Shown: positions 12,677-23,760 of the stretch, piece by piece
How the letters are laid out: each line of letters opens with the position of its first letter
How positions within the stretch are numbered: the first letter of the stretch is position 1
Assembly: GCF_963921235.1 (NCBI RefSeq)
Contig: NC_086097.1
Coordinates: 252,652,001 to 252,716,000 of the forward strand
Direction: 5' to 3'
Length of the DNA stretch: 64,000 bases
DNA from: Mobula hypostoma
Lineage: Eukaryota
The notes under the pieces: model-generated
The model's database searches: none
The model's input: only the letters and a program-made list of their open reading frames with translations
What the model was told of the DNA's origin: nothing
Program-made: the position numbers and the translations under genes

Positions 12677-14140
12677 CCCCTTGTTCAATCCCTTCCGACC
12701 TATGTTCGTGACACTTCTCACACTCTTAAACTTTTCGATGATTTTAAGTTCCCTGGCCCCCACCGCTTTATTTTCACCATGGATGTCCAGTCCTTATATA
12801 CTTCCATCCCCCATCAGGAAGGTCTCAAAGCTCTACGCTTCTTTTTGGATTCCAGACCTAATCAGTTCCCATGTACCACAACTCTGCTCCGTCTAGCGGA
12901 ATTAGTCCTTACTCTTAATAATTTCTCCTTTGGCTCCTCCCACTTCCTCCAAACTAAAGGTGTAGCTATGGGCACCCGTATGGGTCCTAGCTATGCCTGC
13001 CTTTTTGTTGGGTTTGTGGAACAATCTATGTTCCGTGCCTATTCTGGTATCTGTCCCCCACTTTTCCTTCACTACATCGACGACTGCATTGGCGCTGCTT
13101 CCTGCACGCATGCAGAACTCGTTGACTTTATTAACTTTGCCTCCAACTTTCACCCTGCCCTCAAGTTTACCTGGTCCATTTCCGACACCTCCCTCCCCTT
13201 TCTAGATCTTTCTGTCTCTGTCTCTGGAGACAGCTTATCCACTGATGTCTACTATAAGCCTACTGACTCTCACAGCTATCTGGACTATTCCTCTTCTCAC
13301 CCTGTCTCTTGCAAAAACGCCACCCCCTTCTCGCAATTCCTCCGTCTCCGCCGCATCTGCTCTCAGGATGAGGCTTTTCATTCTAGGACGAGGGAGATGT
13401 CTTCCCTTTTTAAAGAAAGGGGCTTCCCTTCCTCCACTATCAACTCTGCTCTTAAACACATCTCCCCCATTTCACATACATCTGCTCTCACTCCATCCTC
13501 CCACCACCCCACTAGGAATAGGGTTCCCCTGGTCCTCACCTACCACCCCACCAGCCTCCGGGTCCAACATATTACTCTCCGTAACTTCCGCCACCTCCAA
13601 CGGGCTCCCACCACTAAGCACATCTTTCCCTCCCCCCCTCTCTCTGCATTCCACAGGGATCGCTCCCTACACAACTCCCTTGTCCATTCGTCCCACCCAT
13701 CCCTCCCCACTGATCTCCCTCCTGGCACTTATCCGTGTAAGCGGAACAAGTGCTACACATGCCCTTACACTTCCTCCCTTACCACCATTCAGGGCCCCAA
13801 ACAGTCCTTCCAGGTGAGGCAACACTTCACCTGTGAGTCGACTGGGGTGATATACTGCGTCCGGTGCTCCCGATGTGGCCTTTTATATATTGGCGAGACC
13901 CGACGCAGACTGGGAGGCTGCTCTGCTGAACATCTACGCTCTGTCCGCCAGAGAAAGCAGGATCTCCCAGTGGCCACACATTTTAATTCCACATCCCATT
14001 CCCATTCTGACATGTCTATCCACGGCCTCCTCTACTGTAAAGATGAAGCCACACTCAGGTTGGAGGAACAACACCTTATATTCCGTCTGGGTAGCCTCCA
14101 ACCTGATGGCATGAACATCGACTTCTCTAACTTCCGCTAG
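12677..14140 (+). CDS. Penelope-like RT + Cys-rich linker + GIY-YIG endonuclease (N-terminally truncated, open frame)
   Basis: TMDVQSLYTSIP; QTKGVAMGTRMGPSYA; YIDD; linker CKRNKCYTC; VIYCVRCSRCGLLYIGET; LQPDGMN. Confidence 0.88.
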   Translation, partial: PLVQSLPTYVRDTSHTLKLFDDFKFPGPHRFIFTMDVQSLYTSIPHQEGLKALRFFLDSRPNQFPCTTTLLRLAELVLTLNNFSFGSSHFLQTKGVAMGTRMGPSYACLFVGFVEQSMFRAYSGICPPLFLHYIDDCIGAASCTHAELVDFINFASNFHPALKFTWSISDTSLPFLDLSVSVSGDSLSTDVYYKPTDSHSYLDYSSSHPVSCKNATPFSQFLRLRRICSQDEAFHSRTREMSSLFKERGFPSSTINSALKHISPISHTSALTPSSHHPTRNRVPLVLTYHPTSLRVQHITLRNFRHLQRAPTTKHIFPSPPLSAFHRDRSLHNSLVHSSHPSLPTDLPPGTYPCKRNKCYTCPYTSSLTTIQGPKQSFQVRQHFTCESTGVIYCVRCSRCGLLYIGETRRRLGGCSAEHLRSVRQRKQDLPVATHFNSTSHSHSDMSIHGLLYCKDEATLRLEEQHLIFRLGSLQPDGMNIDFSNFR

Positions 14141-14432
14141 GCCCCACCTCCCCCTCGTACCCCATCTGTTAATTATTTTTATGCACACATTCTTTCTCTC
14201 ACTCTCCTTTTTCTCCCTCTGTCCCTCTGAATATACCTCTTGCCCATCCTCTTGGGTCCCCCCCCCCGCCTTTCTTCCCGGACCTCCTGTCCCATGATCC
14301 TCTCGTATCCCCTTTTGCCTATCATCTGTCCAGCTCTTGGCTCTATCCCTCCCCCTCCTGTCTTCTCCTATCATTTTGGATCTCCCCCTCCCCCTCCAAC
14401 TTTCAAATCCCTTACTCACTCTTCCTTCAGTT

Positions 14433-14468
14433 AGTCCTGACGAAGGGTCTCGGCCCGAAACGTCAACT
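14433..14468 (+). ncRNA. Minimal type I hammerhead ribozyme motif in the Penelope pseudo-LTR
   Basis: agtc CTGACGA agggtctcggccc GAAAC GTC aact; one helix I mismatch. Confidence 0.75.
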
Positions 14469-17380
14469 GTACCTCTTCCTAGAGATGCTGCTTGGCCTGC
14501 TGCGTTCACCAGCAACTTTGATGTGTGTTGTTTGATATTATTTCAACTGTTTTGAGTATTGATTTACAACCTCACCCTATTAAGGCAATTTTTGGTTTAC
14601 CAATGATAGAACCAATTCATCTAACCTCTTCAGCTTGTCGGCTGATTGCATTTGTTATATTAATGGCTAGAAGATCCATTTTGCTGAATTGGAAAGAGAT
14701 TAATCCGCCCATTATATTTCACTGGTTCTCTCAAACTATGTTGTGTTTAAATTTAGAGAAAATTAGAAGTGTCATTTATGATCCTTCTATTAAATTCCAA
14801 GAGACTTGGAGGCTATTTATTCAACACTTCCATATGATGTAATTTGACCTTTTCCAAACCTACTCTATTAATTTCAAATATATGGAGAGAGGAGCGGAGT
14901 TAATGACACTAATGGCCCTATTTGACGTAACATAACACCCCTTGTCTTTTTCTTTTATTAGTTTAGTTTATTTTTTTTGGGGGGGGCATTTTGTTTTTTT
15001 TTCTTTTCTTTTTCTATGCTACTTTTACATTTTTTTTACTTATACTTGTATTTGTATTTTGCAGGTCTTTGGGAGGTTTAATATCCGTGTGTTAACTGAG
15101 TTTATATTTTTACATGCTAATTATTAATAATGTAATCCCAATAGCTTTGTATTAATATTATGTTATGTTGAACATTTTGATATCAATAAAAAGATTGGAA
15201 AAGAAAGAAAGAAAAAGTCCTTGATAGAGTGGATGTGGAGAGAATGTTCCCTATGGTGGGAGAGTCTTAGACTAGAGGACACAGCTTCAGAATAGAGGGG
15301 AGTACTTTTAGAGCGGTGATGAGGAGGTTTCTTCAGTGGTTTGAACGGGGCACGACTGCGCAAGCGCGTGGAGGTCAGCCAGTGAGAACAGCGGGAAGAG
15401 TTTAAAAGTGAGAAGAGTTGAAAAGGTGACAGTTATTTTTTAGTGGTTTGAACGGGGCACAACTGTGTAAGCACGTGGAAGTTGGCCAGTGAGAACAGCA
15501 GGAAGAGTTTAAAAGGAAGACAGATTTACAGAGCGGGCGTCGGAGGAGCGGGCCACGGAATAGTGGGAGACAGAATAGCTTTGGCTCAACGGGGCTTCGG
15601 CAATAAAGTGTTGAGGCCAGGTAGGTTATCTGTTTAAAATAAAGACAGAAAGTATGTGTGTGAGGCCGGTTTTCTATGCTCGGTGTCAGATGTGGGAGGT
15701 CCTGGAGACTCCCAGCCTCCCAAACAGTCACATCTGCACCAAGTGCGTCGAGCTGCAGCTCCTTAGAGACTGCGTTAGGGAACTGGAGCTGCAGCTCGAT
15801 GACCTTCGTCTGGTCAGGGAGAGTGAGGAGCTGATAGAGAGGAGCTATAGGCAGGTAGTTACCCTGGGACCACAGGAGACAGAGAAGTGGGTAACAGTTA
15901 GGAGATGAAAGGGCAAGAAGCAGGTACTAGAGAGTACCCCAGTGGCTGTCCCCATTGACAATGTACTCCTGCTTGAGTACTATTGGGGGGGACGGTCTGC
16001 CTGGGTGAAGTAACAGTCGCTGCGCCTCTGGCACAGAGTCTGGCCCTGTGGCTCAGAAGGGTAGGGAAAGGAAGAGGATGGCAGCAGTGACAGGGGACTC
16101 TATAGTTAGGGGTTCAGACAGGCGATTCTGTAGATGCAGGGAAGAAACACGGATGGTAGTTTGCCTCCCAGGTGCCAGGGTCTGGGATGTTTCGGATGCG
16201 TCCACGATATCTTGAAGTGGGAAGGAGAACAGGCAGAGGTCGTGGTACATATTGGTACCAATGACATAGGTAGGAAAAGGGAGGAGGTCCTGAAAACAGA
16301 CTACAGGGAGTTAGGAAGGAAGTTGAAAAGCAGGACCTCAAAGGTAGTAATCTCAGGATTACTGCCAGTGCCATGTGACAGTGAGTATAGGAATAGAATG
16401 AGGTGGAGGATAAAAGCGTGGCTGAGGGATTGGAGCAAGGGGCAGGGATTCAGATTTCTGGATCATTGGGACCTTTTCTGGGGCAGGTGTGTCCTGTACA
16501 AAAAGGATGGGTTGCACTCGAATCCCAGGGGGACCAATATCCTCACGGGGAGGTTTGTTAAGGCTATTGGGGAGAGTTTAAACTAGAATTGCTGGGTGGT
16601 GGGAACTGAACTGAAGTGACAGAAGAAAGGGAGGTTGGCTCACAAATAGAGAAGGTTTGGAGACAGTGCGAGAGGGAGGATAGGCAGGTGATAGAGAAGA
16701 GATGCGCTCAGTCCAATGGTTTGAGATGTGTCTATTTTAATGCGAGGAGTATCATGATTAAAGCAGATGAGCTCAGAGCGTGGATCAGTGCTTGGAGCTA
16801 TGATGTTGTGGCCATTACAGAGACTTGGATGGCTCAGGGACAGGAATGGTTACTTCAAGTGCTGGGTTTTAAATGTTTCAGAAAGGATAGGGAGGGAGGC
16901 AAAAGGGCATGGCACTGTTGATCAGAGATAGTGTCACGGCTGCAGAAAAGGAGGAAGTCGTGGAGGGGTTGTCTACGGAATCTCTGTGGGTGGAGGTTAG
17001 GAATAGGAAGGGTCAATAACTTGACTGGGTGTTTTTTATAGACCACCCAATAGTAACAAGGACATCGAGGAGTCGACAAGGACACAGATCCTGGAAAGGT
17101 GTAATCGTAACAGGGTTTTTGTGGTGGGAGATTTTAATTTTCCAAACATTGATTAGCATCTCCCTAGAGTGTGGGGTTTAGATGGGGTAGAGTTTGTTAG
17201 GTGTGTTCAGGAAGGTTTCTTGACACAATATGTAGATAAGCCTGCAAGAGTCTGTACTTGATCTGACATTGTGAAATGAACCTGGTCAGGTATCATGTCT
17301 CTCAGTGGGAAAGCATTTTGGAGATAGTGATCACAATTCTATCTCCTTTGGTTCTGAGTAGGTACATTCCAAGGAGACAT

Positions 17381-20280
17381 AGAAACATAGAAAATAGGTG
17401 CAGGAGTAGGCCATTCGGCCCTTCGAGCCTGCACCGCCATTTATTATGATCATGGCTGATCATCCAACTCAGAACCCAGCCTTCCCTCCATACCCCCTGA
17501 CCCCTGTAGCCACAAGGGCCATATCTAACTTCCTTTTAAACATAGCTAATGAACTGGCCTCAACAGTTTGCTGTGGCAGAGAATTCCACAGATTCACCAC
17601 TCTCTGTGTGAAGAAGTTTTTCCTAACCTCGGTCTTAAAAGGCTTCCCCTCTATCCTCAAACTGTGACCCCTCGTTCTAGACCTCCCCAACATCGGGAAC
17701 AATCTTCCCGCATCTAGCCTGTCCAATCCCTTTAGGATCTTATACGTTTCAATCAGATCCCCCCTCAATCTTCTAAATTCCAATGAGTACAAGCCCAGTT
17801 CATCCAGTCTTTCTTCATATGAAAGACCTGCCATCCCAGGAATCAATCTGGTGAACCTTCTTTGTACTCCCTCTATGGCAAAGATGTCTTTCCTCAGATT
17901 AGGGGACCAAAACTGCACACAATACTCCAGGTGTGGTCTCACCAAGGCCTTGTACAACTGCAGTAGTACCTCCCTGCTCCTGTACTCGAATCCTCTCGCT
18001 ATAAATGCCAGCATACCGTTCGCCTTTTTCACCGCCTGCTGTACCTGCATGCCCACTTTCAATGACTGGTGTATAATGACACCCAGGTCTCGTTGCACCT
18101 CCCCTTTTCCTAATCGGCCACCATTCAGATAATAATCTGTTTTCCTATTTTTGCCACCAAAGTAGATAACTTCACATTTATCCACATTAAATTGCATCTG
18201 CCATGAGTTTGCCCACTCACCCAACCTATCCAAGTCACCCTGCATCCTCTTAGCATCCTCCTCACTGCTAACACTGCCACCCAGCTTCGTGTCATCCGCA
18301 AACTTGGAGATGCTGCATTTAATTCCCTCATCCAAGTCATTAATATATATTGTAAACAACTGGGGTCCCAGCACTGAGCCTTGCGGTACCCCACTAGTCA
18401 CCGCCTGCCATTCTGAAAAGGTCCCGTTTATTCCCACTCTTTGCTTCCTGTCTGCTAACCAATTCTCCACCCACACCAATACCTTACCCCCAATACCGTG
18501 TGCTTTAAGTTTGCACACTAATCTCCTGTGTGGGACCTTGTCAAAAGCCTTTTGAAAATCCAAATATACCACATCCACTGGTTCTCCCCTATCCACTCTA
18601 CTAGTTACATCCTCAAAAAATTCTATGAGATTCGTCAGACATGATTTTCCTTTCACAAATCCATGCTGACTTTGTCCGATCATTTCACCGCTTTCCAAAT
18701 GTGCTGTTATCACATCCTTAATAACTGACTCCAGCAGTTTCCCCACCACCGACGTTAGGCTAACCGGCCTATAATTCCCCGGTTTCTCTCTCCCTCCTTT
18801 TTTAAAAAGTGGGGTTACATTAGCCACCCTCCAATCCTCAGGAACTAGTCCAGAATCTAACGAGTTTTGAAAAATTATCACTAATGCATCCACTATTTCT
18901 TGGGCCACTTCCTTAAGCACTCTGGGATGCAGACCATCTGGCCCTGGGGATTTATCTGCCTTCAATCCCTTCAATTTACCTAACACCACTTCCCTACTAA
19001 CATGTATTTCGCTCAGTTCCTCCATCTCACTGGACCCTCTGTCCCTTACTATTTCTGGAAGATTATTTATGTCCTCCTTAGTGAAGACAGAACCAAAATA
19101 ATTATTCAATTGGTCTGCCATGTCCTTGCTCCCCATAATGAATTCACCTGTTTCTGTTTGCAAGGGACCTACATTTGTCTTTATCAGTCTTTTCCTTTTT
19201 ACATATCTATAAAAGCTTTTACAGTCCGTTTTTATGTTCTCTGCCAGTTTTCTCTCATAATCTTTTTTCCCCTTCCTAATTAAGCCCTTTGTCCTCCTCT
19301 GCTGAACTCTGAATTTCTCCCAGTCCTCAGGTGAGCCACTTTCTCTGGCTAATTTGTATGCTACTTCTTTGGAATTGATACTATCCCTAATTTCTCTTGT
19401 CAGCCACGGGTGCACTACCTTCCTTGATTTATTCTTTTGCCAAACTGGGATGAACAATTGTTGTAGTTCATCCATGCAACCATTAAATGCCTGCCATTGC
19501 ATATCCACCGTCAATCCTTGAAGTGTCATTTGCCAGTCTATCTTAGCTAATTCACGTCTCATACCTTCAAAGTTACCCCTCTTTAAGTTCAGAACCTTTG
19601 TTTCTGAATTAACTACGTCACTCTCCATGTTAATGAAGAATTCCACCATATTATGGTCACTCTTACCCAAGGGGCCTCTCACGACAAGATCGCTAATTAA
19701 CCCTTCCTCATTGCTCAAAACCCAGTCCAGAATAGCCTGCTCTCTAGTCGGTTCCTCGACATGTTGGTTCAAAAAACCATCCCGCATACATTCCAAGAAA
19801 TCCTCTTCCTCAGCACCTTTACCAATTTGGTTCACCCAGTCTACATGTAGATTGAAGTCACCCATTATAACTGCTGTTCCTTTATTGCACACATTTCTAA
19901 TTTCCTGTTTAATACCATCTCCGACCTCACTACTACTGTTAGGTGGCCTGTACACAACTCCCACCAGCGTCTTCTGCCCCTTAGTGTTACGCAGCTCTAC
20001 CCATATCGATTCCACATCTTCCCGGCTTATGTCCTTCCTTTCTATTGCGTTAATCTCTTTTTTAACCAGCAACGCCACCCCACCTCCCCTTCCTTCATGT
20101 CTATCCCTCCTGAATATTGAATATCCCTGAACGTTGAGCTCCCATCCCTGGTCACCCTGGAGCCATGTCTCTGTGATCCCAACTATATCATAATCATTAA
20201 TAACAATCTGCACTTTCAATTCATCCACCTTATTACGAATGCTCCTTGCATTGACACATAAAGCCTTCAGGCACTCTTTT
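17381..20280 (-). mobile_element. Young CR1 copy: complete ORF2 and 3'UTR, no ORF1
   Basis: Reversed (TTTCTATG)n tail at 17378-17394; acat shared at both junctions (17377-17380 and 20281-20284). Confidence 0.9.
17469..20279 (-). CDS. CR1 ORF2 AP-endonuclease + reverse transcriptase, uninterrupted
   Basis: The 919-aa track ORF stays open upstream to 20279 (KECLKALCVNARSIRNKVDEL). Motifs [33 protein letters not shown] and KFADD are intact. Confidence 0.93.
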   Translation of the reverse strand, partial: KECLKALCVNARSIRNKVDELKVQIVINDYDIVGITETWLQGDQGWELNVQGYSIFRRDRHEGRGGGVALLVKKEINAIERKDISREDVESIWVELRNTKGQKTLVGVVYRPPNSSSEVGDGIKQEIRNVCNKGTAVIMGDFNLHVDWVNQIGKGAEEEDFLECMRDGFLNQHVEEPTREQAILDWVLSNEEGLISDLVVRGPLGKSDHNMVEFFINMESDVVNSETKVLNLKRGNFEGMRRELAKIDWQMTLQGLTVDMQWQAFNGCMDELQQLFIPVWQKNKSRKVVHPWLTREIRDSINSKEVAYKLARESGSPEDWEKFRVQQRRTKGLIRKGKKDYERKLAENIKTDCKSFYRYVKRKRLIKTNVGPLQTETGEFIMGSKDMADQLNNYFGSVFTKEDINNLPEIVRDRGSSEMEELSEIHVSREVVLGKLKGLKADKSPGPDGLHPRVLKEVAQEIVDALVIIFQNSLDSGLVPEDWRVANVTPLFKKGGREKPGNYRPVSLTSVVGKLLESVIKDVITAHLESGEMIGQSQHGFVKGKSCLTNLIEFFEDVTSRVDRGEPVDVVYLDFQKAFDKVPHRRLVCKLKAHGIGGKVLVWVENWLADRKQRVGINGTFSEWQAVTSGVPQGSVLGPQLFTIYINDLDEGIKCSISKFADDTKLGGSVSSEEDAKRMQGDLDRLGEWANSWQMQFNVDKCEVIYFGGKNRKTDYYLNGGRLGKGEVQRDLGVIIHQSLKVGMQVQQAVKKANGMLAFIARGFEYRSREVLLQLYKALVRPHLEYCVQFWSPNLRKDIFAIEGVQRRFTRLIPGMAGLSYEERLDELGLYSLEFRRLRGDLIETYKILKGLDRLDAGRLFPMLGRSRTRGHSLRIEGKPFKTEVRKNFFTQRVVNLWNSLPQQTVEASSLAMFKRKLDMALVATGVRGYGGKAGF

Positions 20281-21175
20281 ACATGGAAAGGATGTTAGGG
20301 TACAAGATCCGTGGTGTACAAAGTCTGTTGTAAATCTAGTCAAGAAGAAAAGAAGAGCTTACGAAAGGTTCAAATAACCAGGTGATAATAGGAATCTAGA
20401 AGATTATAAGGCTAGCAGGAAAGATCTTAATAATGAAATTAGGAGAGCCAGAAGGGGCCATGAGAAGGAATTGGCGGACAGGATTAAGGAAAACCCCAAG
20501 GCATTTTACAAATATGTGAAGAGCAAGAGGATAAGACGTGAGAGAATAGGACCAATCAAGTGTGACAGGGGAAAAGTGTGTATGGAACTGGAGGAAATAG
20601 CAGAGGTACTTAATGAGTACTTTGCTTCAGTATTCACTATGGAAAAGGATTTTGGCGATTGTAGAGATGACTTATAGTGAACTGAAAAGCTTGAGCATGT
20701 AGATATTAAGAAAGAAGATGTGCTGGAGCTTTTGGAAATCATCAAGTTGGATAAATCACCGGAACTGGATGAGATGTACCTCAGGCTACTGTGGGAGGAG
20801 AGGGAGGAGATTGCTGAGCCTCTGGTGATGATCTTTGCATCATCAAAGGGGATGGGAGAGGTTCCAGAGGATTGGAGGGTTGCGGATGTTGTTCCCTTAT
20901 TCAAGAAAGGGGGTAGAGATAGCCCAGGAAATTATAGACCAGTGAGTCTTACTTCAGTGGTTGGTAAGTTGATGGAGAAGATCCTGAGAGGCAGGATTTA
21001 TGAACATTTGGAGAGGCATAATATGATTAGGGATAGTCAGCATGGCTTTGTGAAAGGCAGATCGTGCCTTACGAGCCTGATCAAATTTTTTGAGGATGTG
21101 ACTAAACACGTTGATGAAGGTAGAGCTGTAGATGTAGTTCATATGGATTTTAGCAAGGCATTTGATAAGGTACCC

Positions 21176-21378
21176 CTGGAACCTACCAGCCTTCTCCTTC
21201 CCACCCTCCCCTCACCTTCTTTATAGGGCCTCTGCCCCTTCCCTCTACAGTCCTGACGAAGGGTTCTGACCCGAAACGTTGACTCATCGTTTCCACAGAT
21301 GCTGCCCGACCTGCTGACTTCCTCCAGCATGTTGTGAGTGTTGCTTTGACCCCAGCATCTGCAGATTATTTTGTGTTA
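21176..21378 (+). mobile_element. Penelope-like pseudo-LTR fragment with hammerhead motif (21249-21284), sitting at a deletion in the CR1
   Basis: agtc CTGACGA agggttctgaccc GAAAC GTT gact, then gatgctgcc...cagcatctgcaga. Confidence 0.75.
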
Positions 21379-22235
21379 ATGAGAGGTATTGATCGTGTGG
21401 ATAGTCAGAGGCTTTCCTCAAGGGCTGAAATGGCTAGCACGAGAGGGCATAGTTTTAAGGTGCTTGGAAGTAGGTACAGAGGAGATGTCAGGGGTAAGTT
21501 TTTTATGCAGAGAGTGGTGAGTGCGTGGAATGGGCTGCCCATGGCATTGGTGGAGGCAGAAACGATAGGGTCTTTTAAGAAACTCCGAGATGGCTGCATG
21601 GAGCTTAGAAAAAGAGAGGGCTACAGGTAAAGCCTAGGTAGTTCTAAGATAGGGACATGTTAGGCACAGCTTTGTGGGCCGAAAGGCCTGTATTGTGCTG
21701 TCGGTTTTCTACGTTTCTATGTTTCTATGAATTTCTTTAGCCAGAGAATGGTGAATCTGAGGAATTCTTTGCCACAGGCAGTTGTGGAGGCCAAGTCTTC
21801 ATGTATATTTAAGGAAGAGGTTGATAGATTCTTGAGTGTTCAGGGCATGAAGGGATACGGGGAGAAGGCAGGAGATTGGGGCTGAGAGGGAAATTTGATC
21901 AGCCATGATGAAATGGCGGAGCAGAATTGATTTGCTAAATGGCCTAATTCTGCTCCTATGTCTTATGGTTTTATTGACAATGAGACAGCCTTCTACACTA
22001 TCCACAAATTGGGGAATTTTGTCATTGAGTTGAAGTGGAAAAGCAGAAAGACTCTAGTTACAATTGTGCAAATACACTTTAACTTAAGTGGTAATTGCAG
22101 AATTAGAAGGATATAGATCCCTTGCAGTAATTCCTACGAAGTCTTCGATAACGCAAGAAAATAAGAATGCATTGCAATACGAATGCAAGGATGTGATGCT
22201 GAGCCAAAGTACAGCTTGAGTTCATTTGCAATGAG

Positions 22236-23212
22236 CTCTGGTTGAAGATGGTGCTGCTGAAGGTGAGTGACACCTCACTGGTGGTTAGCCAAACAAGAAA
22301 TACAGCTAAATACTTTATTCATAACACTTTCACAGTGAAGAATTGTAGTAAACGACCATTGCAAACAATAAAGAGGCAAGCAAAGATGAGAGTGAGTTGA
22401 GGATTAAAATCGCTGGGGTTGAGGTGATGAGGTTAGAACGAGGTCGAGGCAAGTTTGGGGCGAGCAGAGCAAAGTCGGAGTGGAGGAGACACAGATTCTG
22501 GCCCTGTCCACCAAAACCGAGAGCAAGGTTTGATTGATCTAAATGCTGGGCCGATTTGGAAAAGTTGAGTACAGGCTTGAACATGGCAGCAGGGTCCTGG
22601 TCCAGAGTGTATCGATGTAACAAAGGTCTGGTCATCATGTGAGGAGTTGTACGATGTTTGGATGATTTAAACACCGGGCCGGATGGATTGAAAAGACAGG
22701 GTGTCGGGACAGATCTGTTCGCTGTTCTGCAACGTTTACTCCGCTCTGCACTGAACTGAGGCTAAGGCTGTGGCCTGCTCTGGGCTTTGTGTCTGCGGGC
22801 TCCATGACATTTGCTGTGTGTTGCACTGTGGCTGACCTGTGGCCTACTCCGGGCTGCTCCAGGCTTCGTGTCTGAGCATGTGGCCTACTCTGGGCTGCTT
22901 CAGGCTTCGTGTCTGAGCATGTGGCCTACTCTGGGCTGCTTCAGGCTTCGTGTCTGAGCATGTGGCCTACTCTGGGCTGCTCCAGGCTTTGCGTCTGAGG
23001 ATTCACTTTTGTTCTAAATGGTATTTGTTTACTTTTATTGTTTGCATGATTTGTTTTTTTTTCTCTCTCTACACACTGGGTGTCTGACGGTTTTCTTTAT
23101 ATGTGTTTTTTTTGGGTTTCTTTGTATTGTTGCTCCCTGGCAATGAATCTCAGGGTTGTATAATGTATTCTTACTGTACTTTGATAATAAGTGTACTTTG
23201 AAATTTGAACTT
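22236..23212 (+). mobile_element. Non-coding SINE-like/non-autonomous retroelement with ACTTTGA-type tail
   Basis: 3' end aatgaatctcagggttgtat...actttgataataa...actttgaaatttgaac is shared with 24008, 27835, 34336 and 38470-38545. Confidence 0.55.
22839..22999. repeat. 41-bp minisatellite, ~4 copies
   Basis: Unit gtggcctactctgggctgcttcaggcttcgtgtctgagcat starts at 22839, 22880, 22921 and 22962. Confidence 0.95.
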
Positions 23213-23214
23213 AT

Positions 23215-23760
23215 AAAGAATTAGTATGACCACATTTGGGGAACTGTAGGCACTTTTGGGTCCCTTATCTAAGAGAAGATGTGCTGACTTTGGAGATGGT
23301 CCAAAAGGAGGTTGATGGGAATGAAAGGCTTATCGTCTGAGGAGCGACTGATGGCTTTGGGCCATCACTGGAATTTAGAAGAATGAGGTGGGGGGGGGGG
23401 ATCTCATTGAAACCTATCAAACATAGAAAGGCCTAAATATAGTGGATGTGGAGAGGATGTTTCTGATTGTGGGGAGTCTAGAACCAGAGAGGCCAGCCTT
23501 AGAATAGAGGGATGTCCATTTAGATTAGAGATGAGGAGGAACTTCTTTAGCCTCTGGGTGGTGAATCTGTTGAACTAATTGTCACAGGCAGTTGTGGAGG
23601 CCATTGAGTATATTTAAAGTGGACTTTGATAGGTTCTTGGATAGTCAGCATGTCAAAGATTATCGGGGGAAGGCAGGAGAATGCGGTGGAGAGGGAAAAT
23701 AAATCAGCCACGATGGAATGGCGGAGCAAAAACCCTGCTCCTATGTCTTATGGTCTTACG
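23215..23760 (+). mobile_element. CR1 3' end, decayed
   Basis: Homologous to 8570-9052, with the same tail. Confidence 0.8.

Larger units (their letters stand above)
12676..14530 (+). mobile_element. Penelope-like retroelement (Neptune-like), 5'-truncated, with 12-bp TSD
   Basis: TSD tttgatattatt at 12664-12675 and 14531-14542; RT plus GIY-YIG ORF followed by a pseudo-LTR. Confidence 0.9.
12326..15213 (+). mobile_element. L1-clade (L1/Tx1-like) LINE 3' fragment, interrupted by a Penelope-like element
   Basis: KIKNDWEREL...QWDQIL, a Cys/His knuckle (CDRC...THMFWSC), ARRSILLNWK...KFQETWRLFI, T-rich 3'UTR, AATAAA and A-rich tail. Near-perfect TSD aaaggccttga (12315-12325) / aaagtccttga (15214-15224). 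Confidence 0.8.
15328..21729 (+). mobile_element. Near full-length decayed CR1 (5'UTR, ORF1 15654-16586, ORF2 from ~16720, TTTCTATG-type tail) with internal deletions and two insertions
   Basis: MCVRPVF..CQMWEV..HICTKC; VVHIGTNDIG..KDGLH (esterase); YFNARS..TETW (endonuclease); RT 20720-21175; tail 21706-21729. Confidence 0.85.
9058..21972 (+). mobile_element. Old host CR1 ORF2 3' half, split by nested insertions
   Basis: CR1 sequence is collinear across 9058-9813, 10618-10862, 11909-12325, 15225-15327 and 21730-21972 (...gatgaggagg | aatttctttagccagag...), ending in the ATGGTCTT-type tail. Confidence 0.8.

Noticed and set aside
19627..20130. Antisense ORFs over CR1, Penelope and Rex1 coding regions
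   Set aside because: Shadow ORFs on the opposite strand of genuine TE coding sequence.
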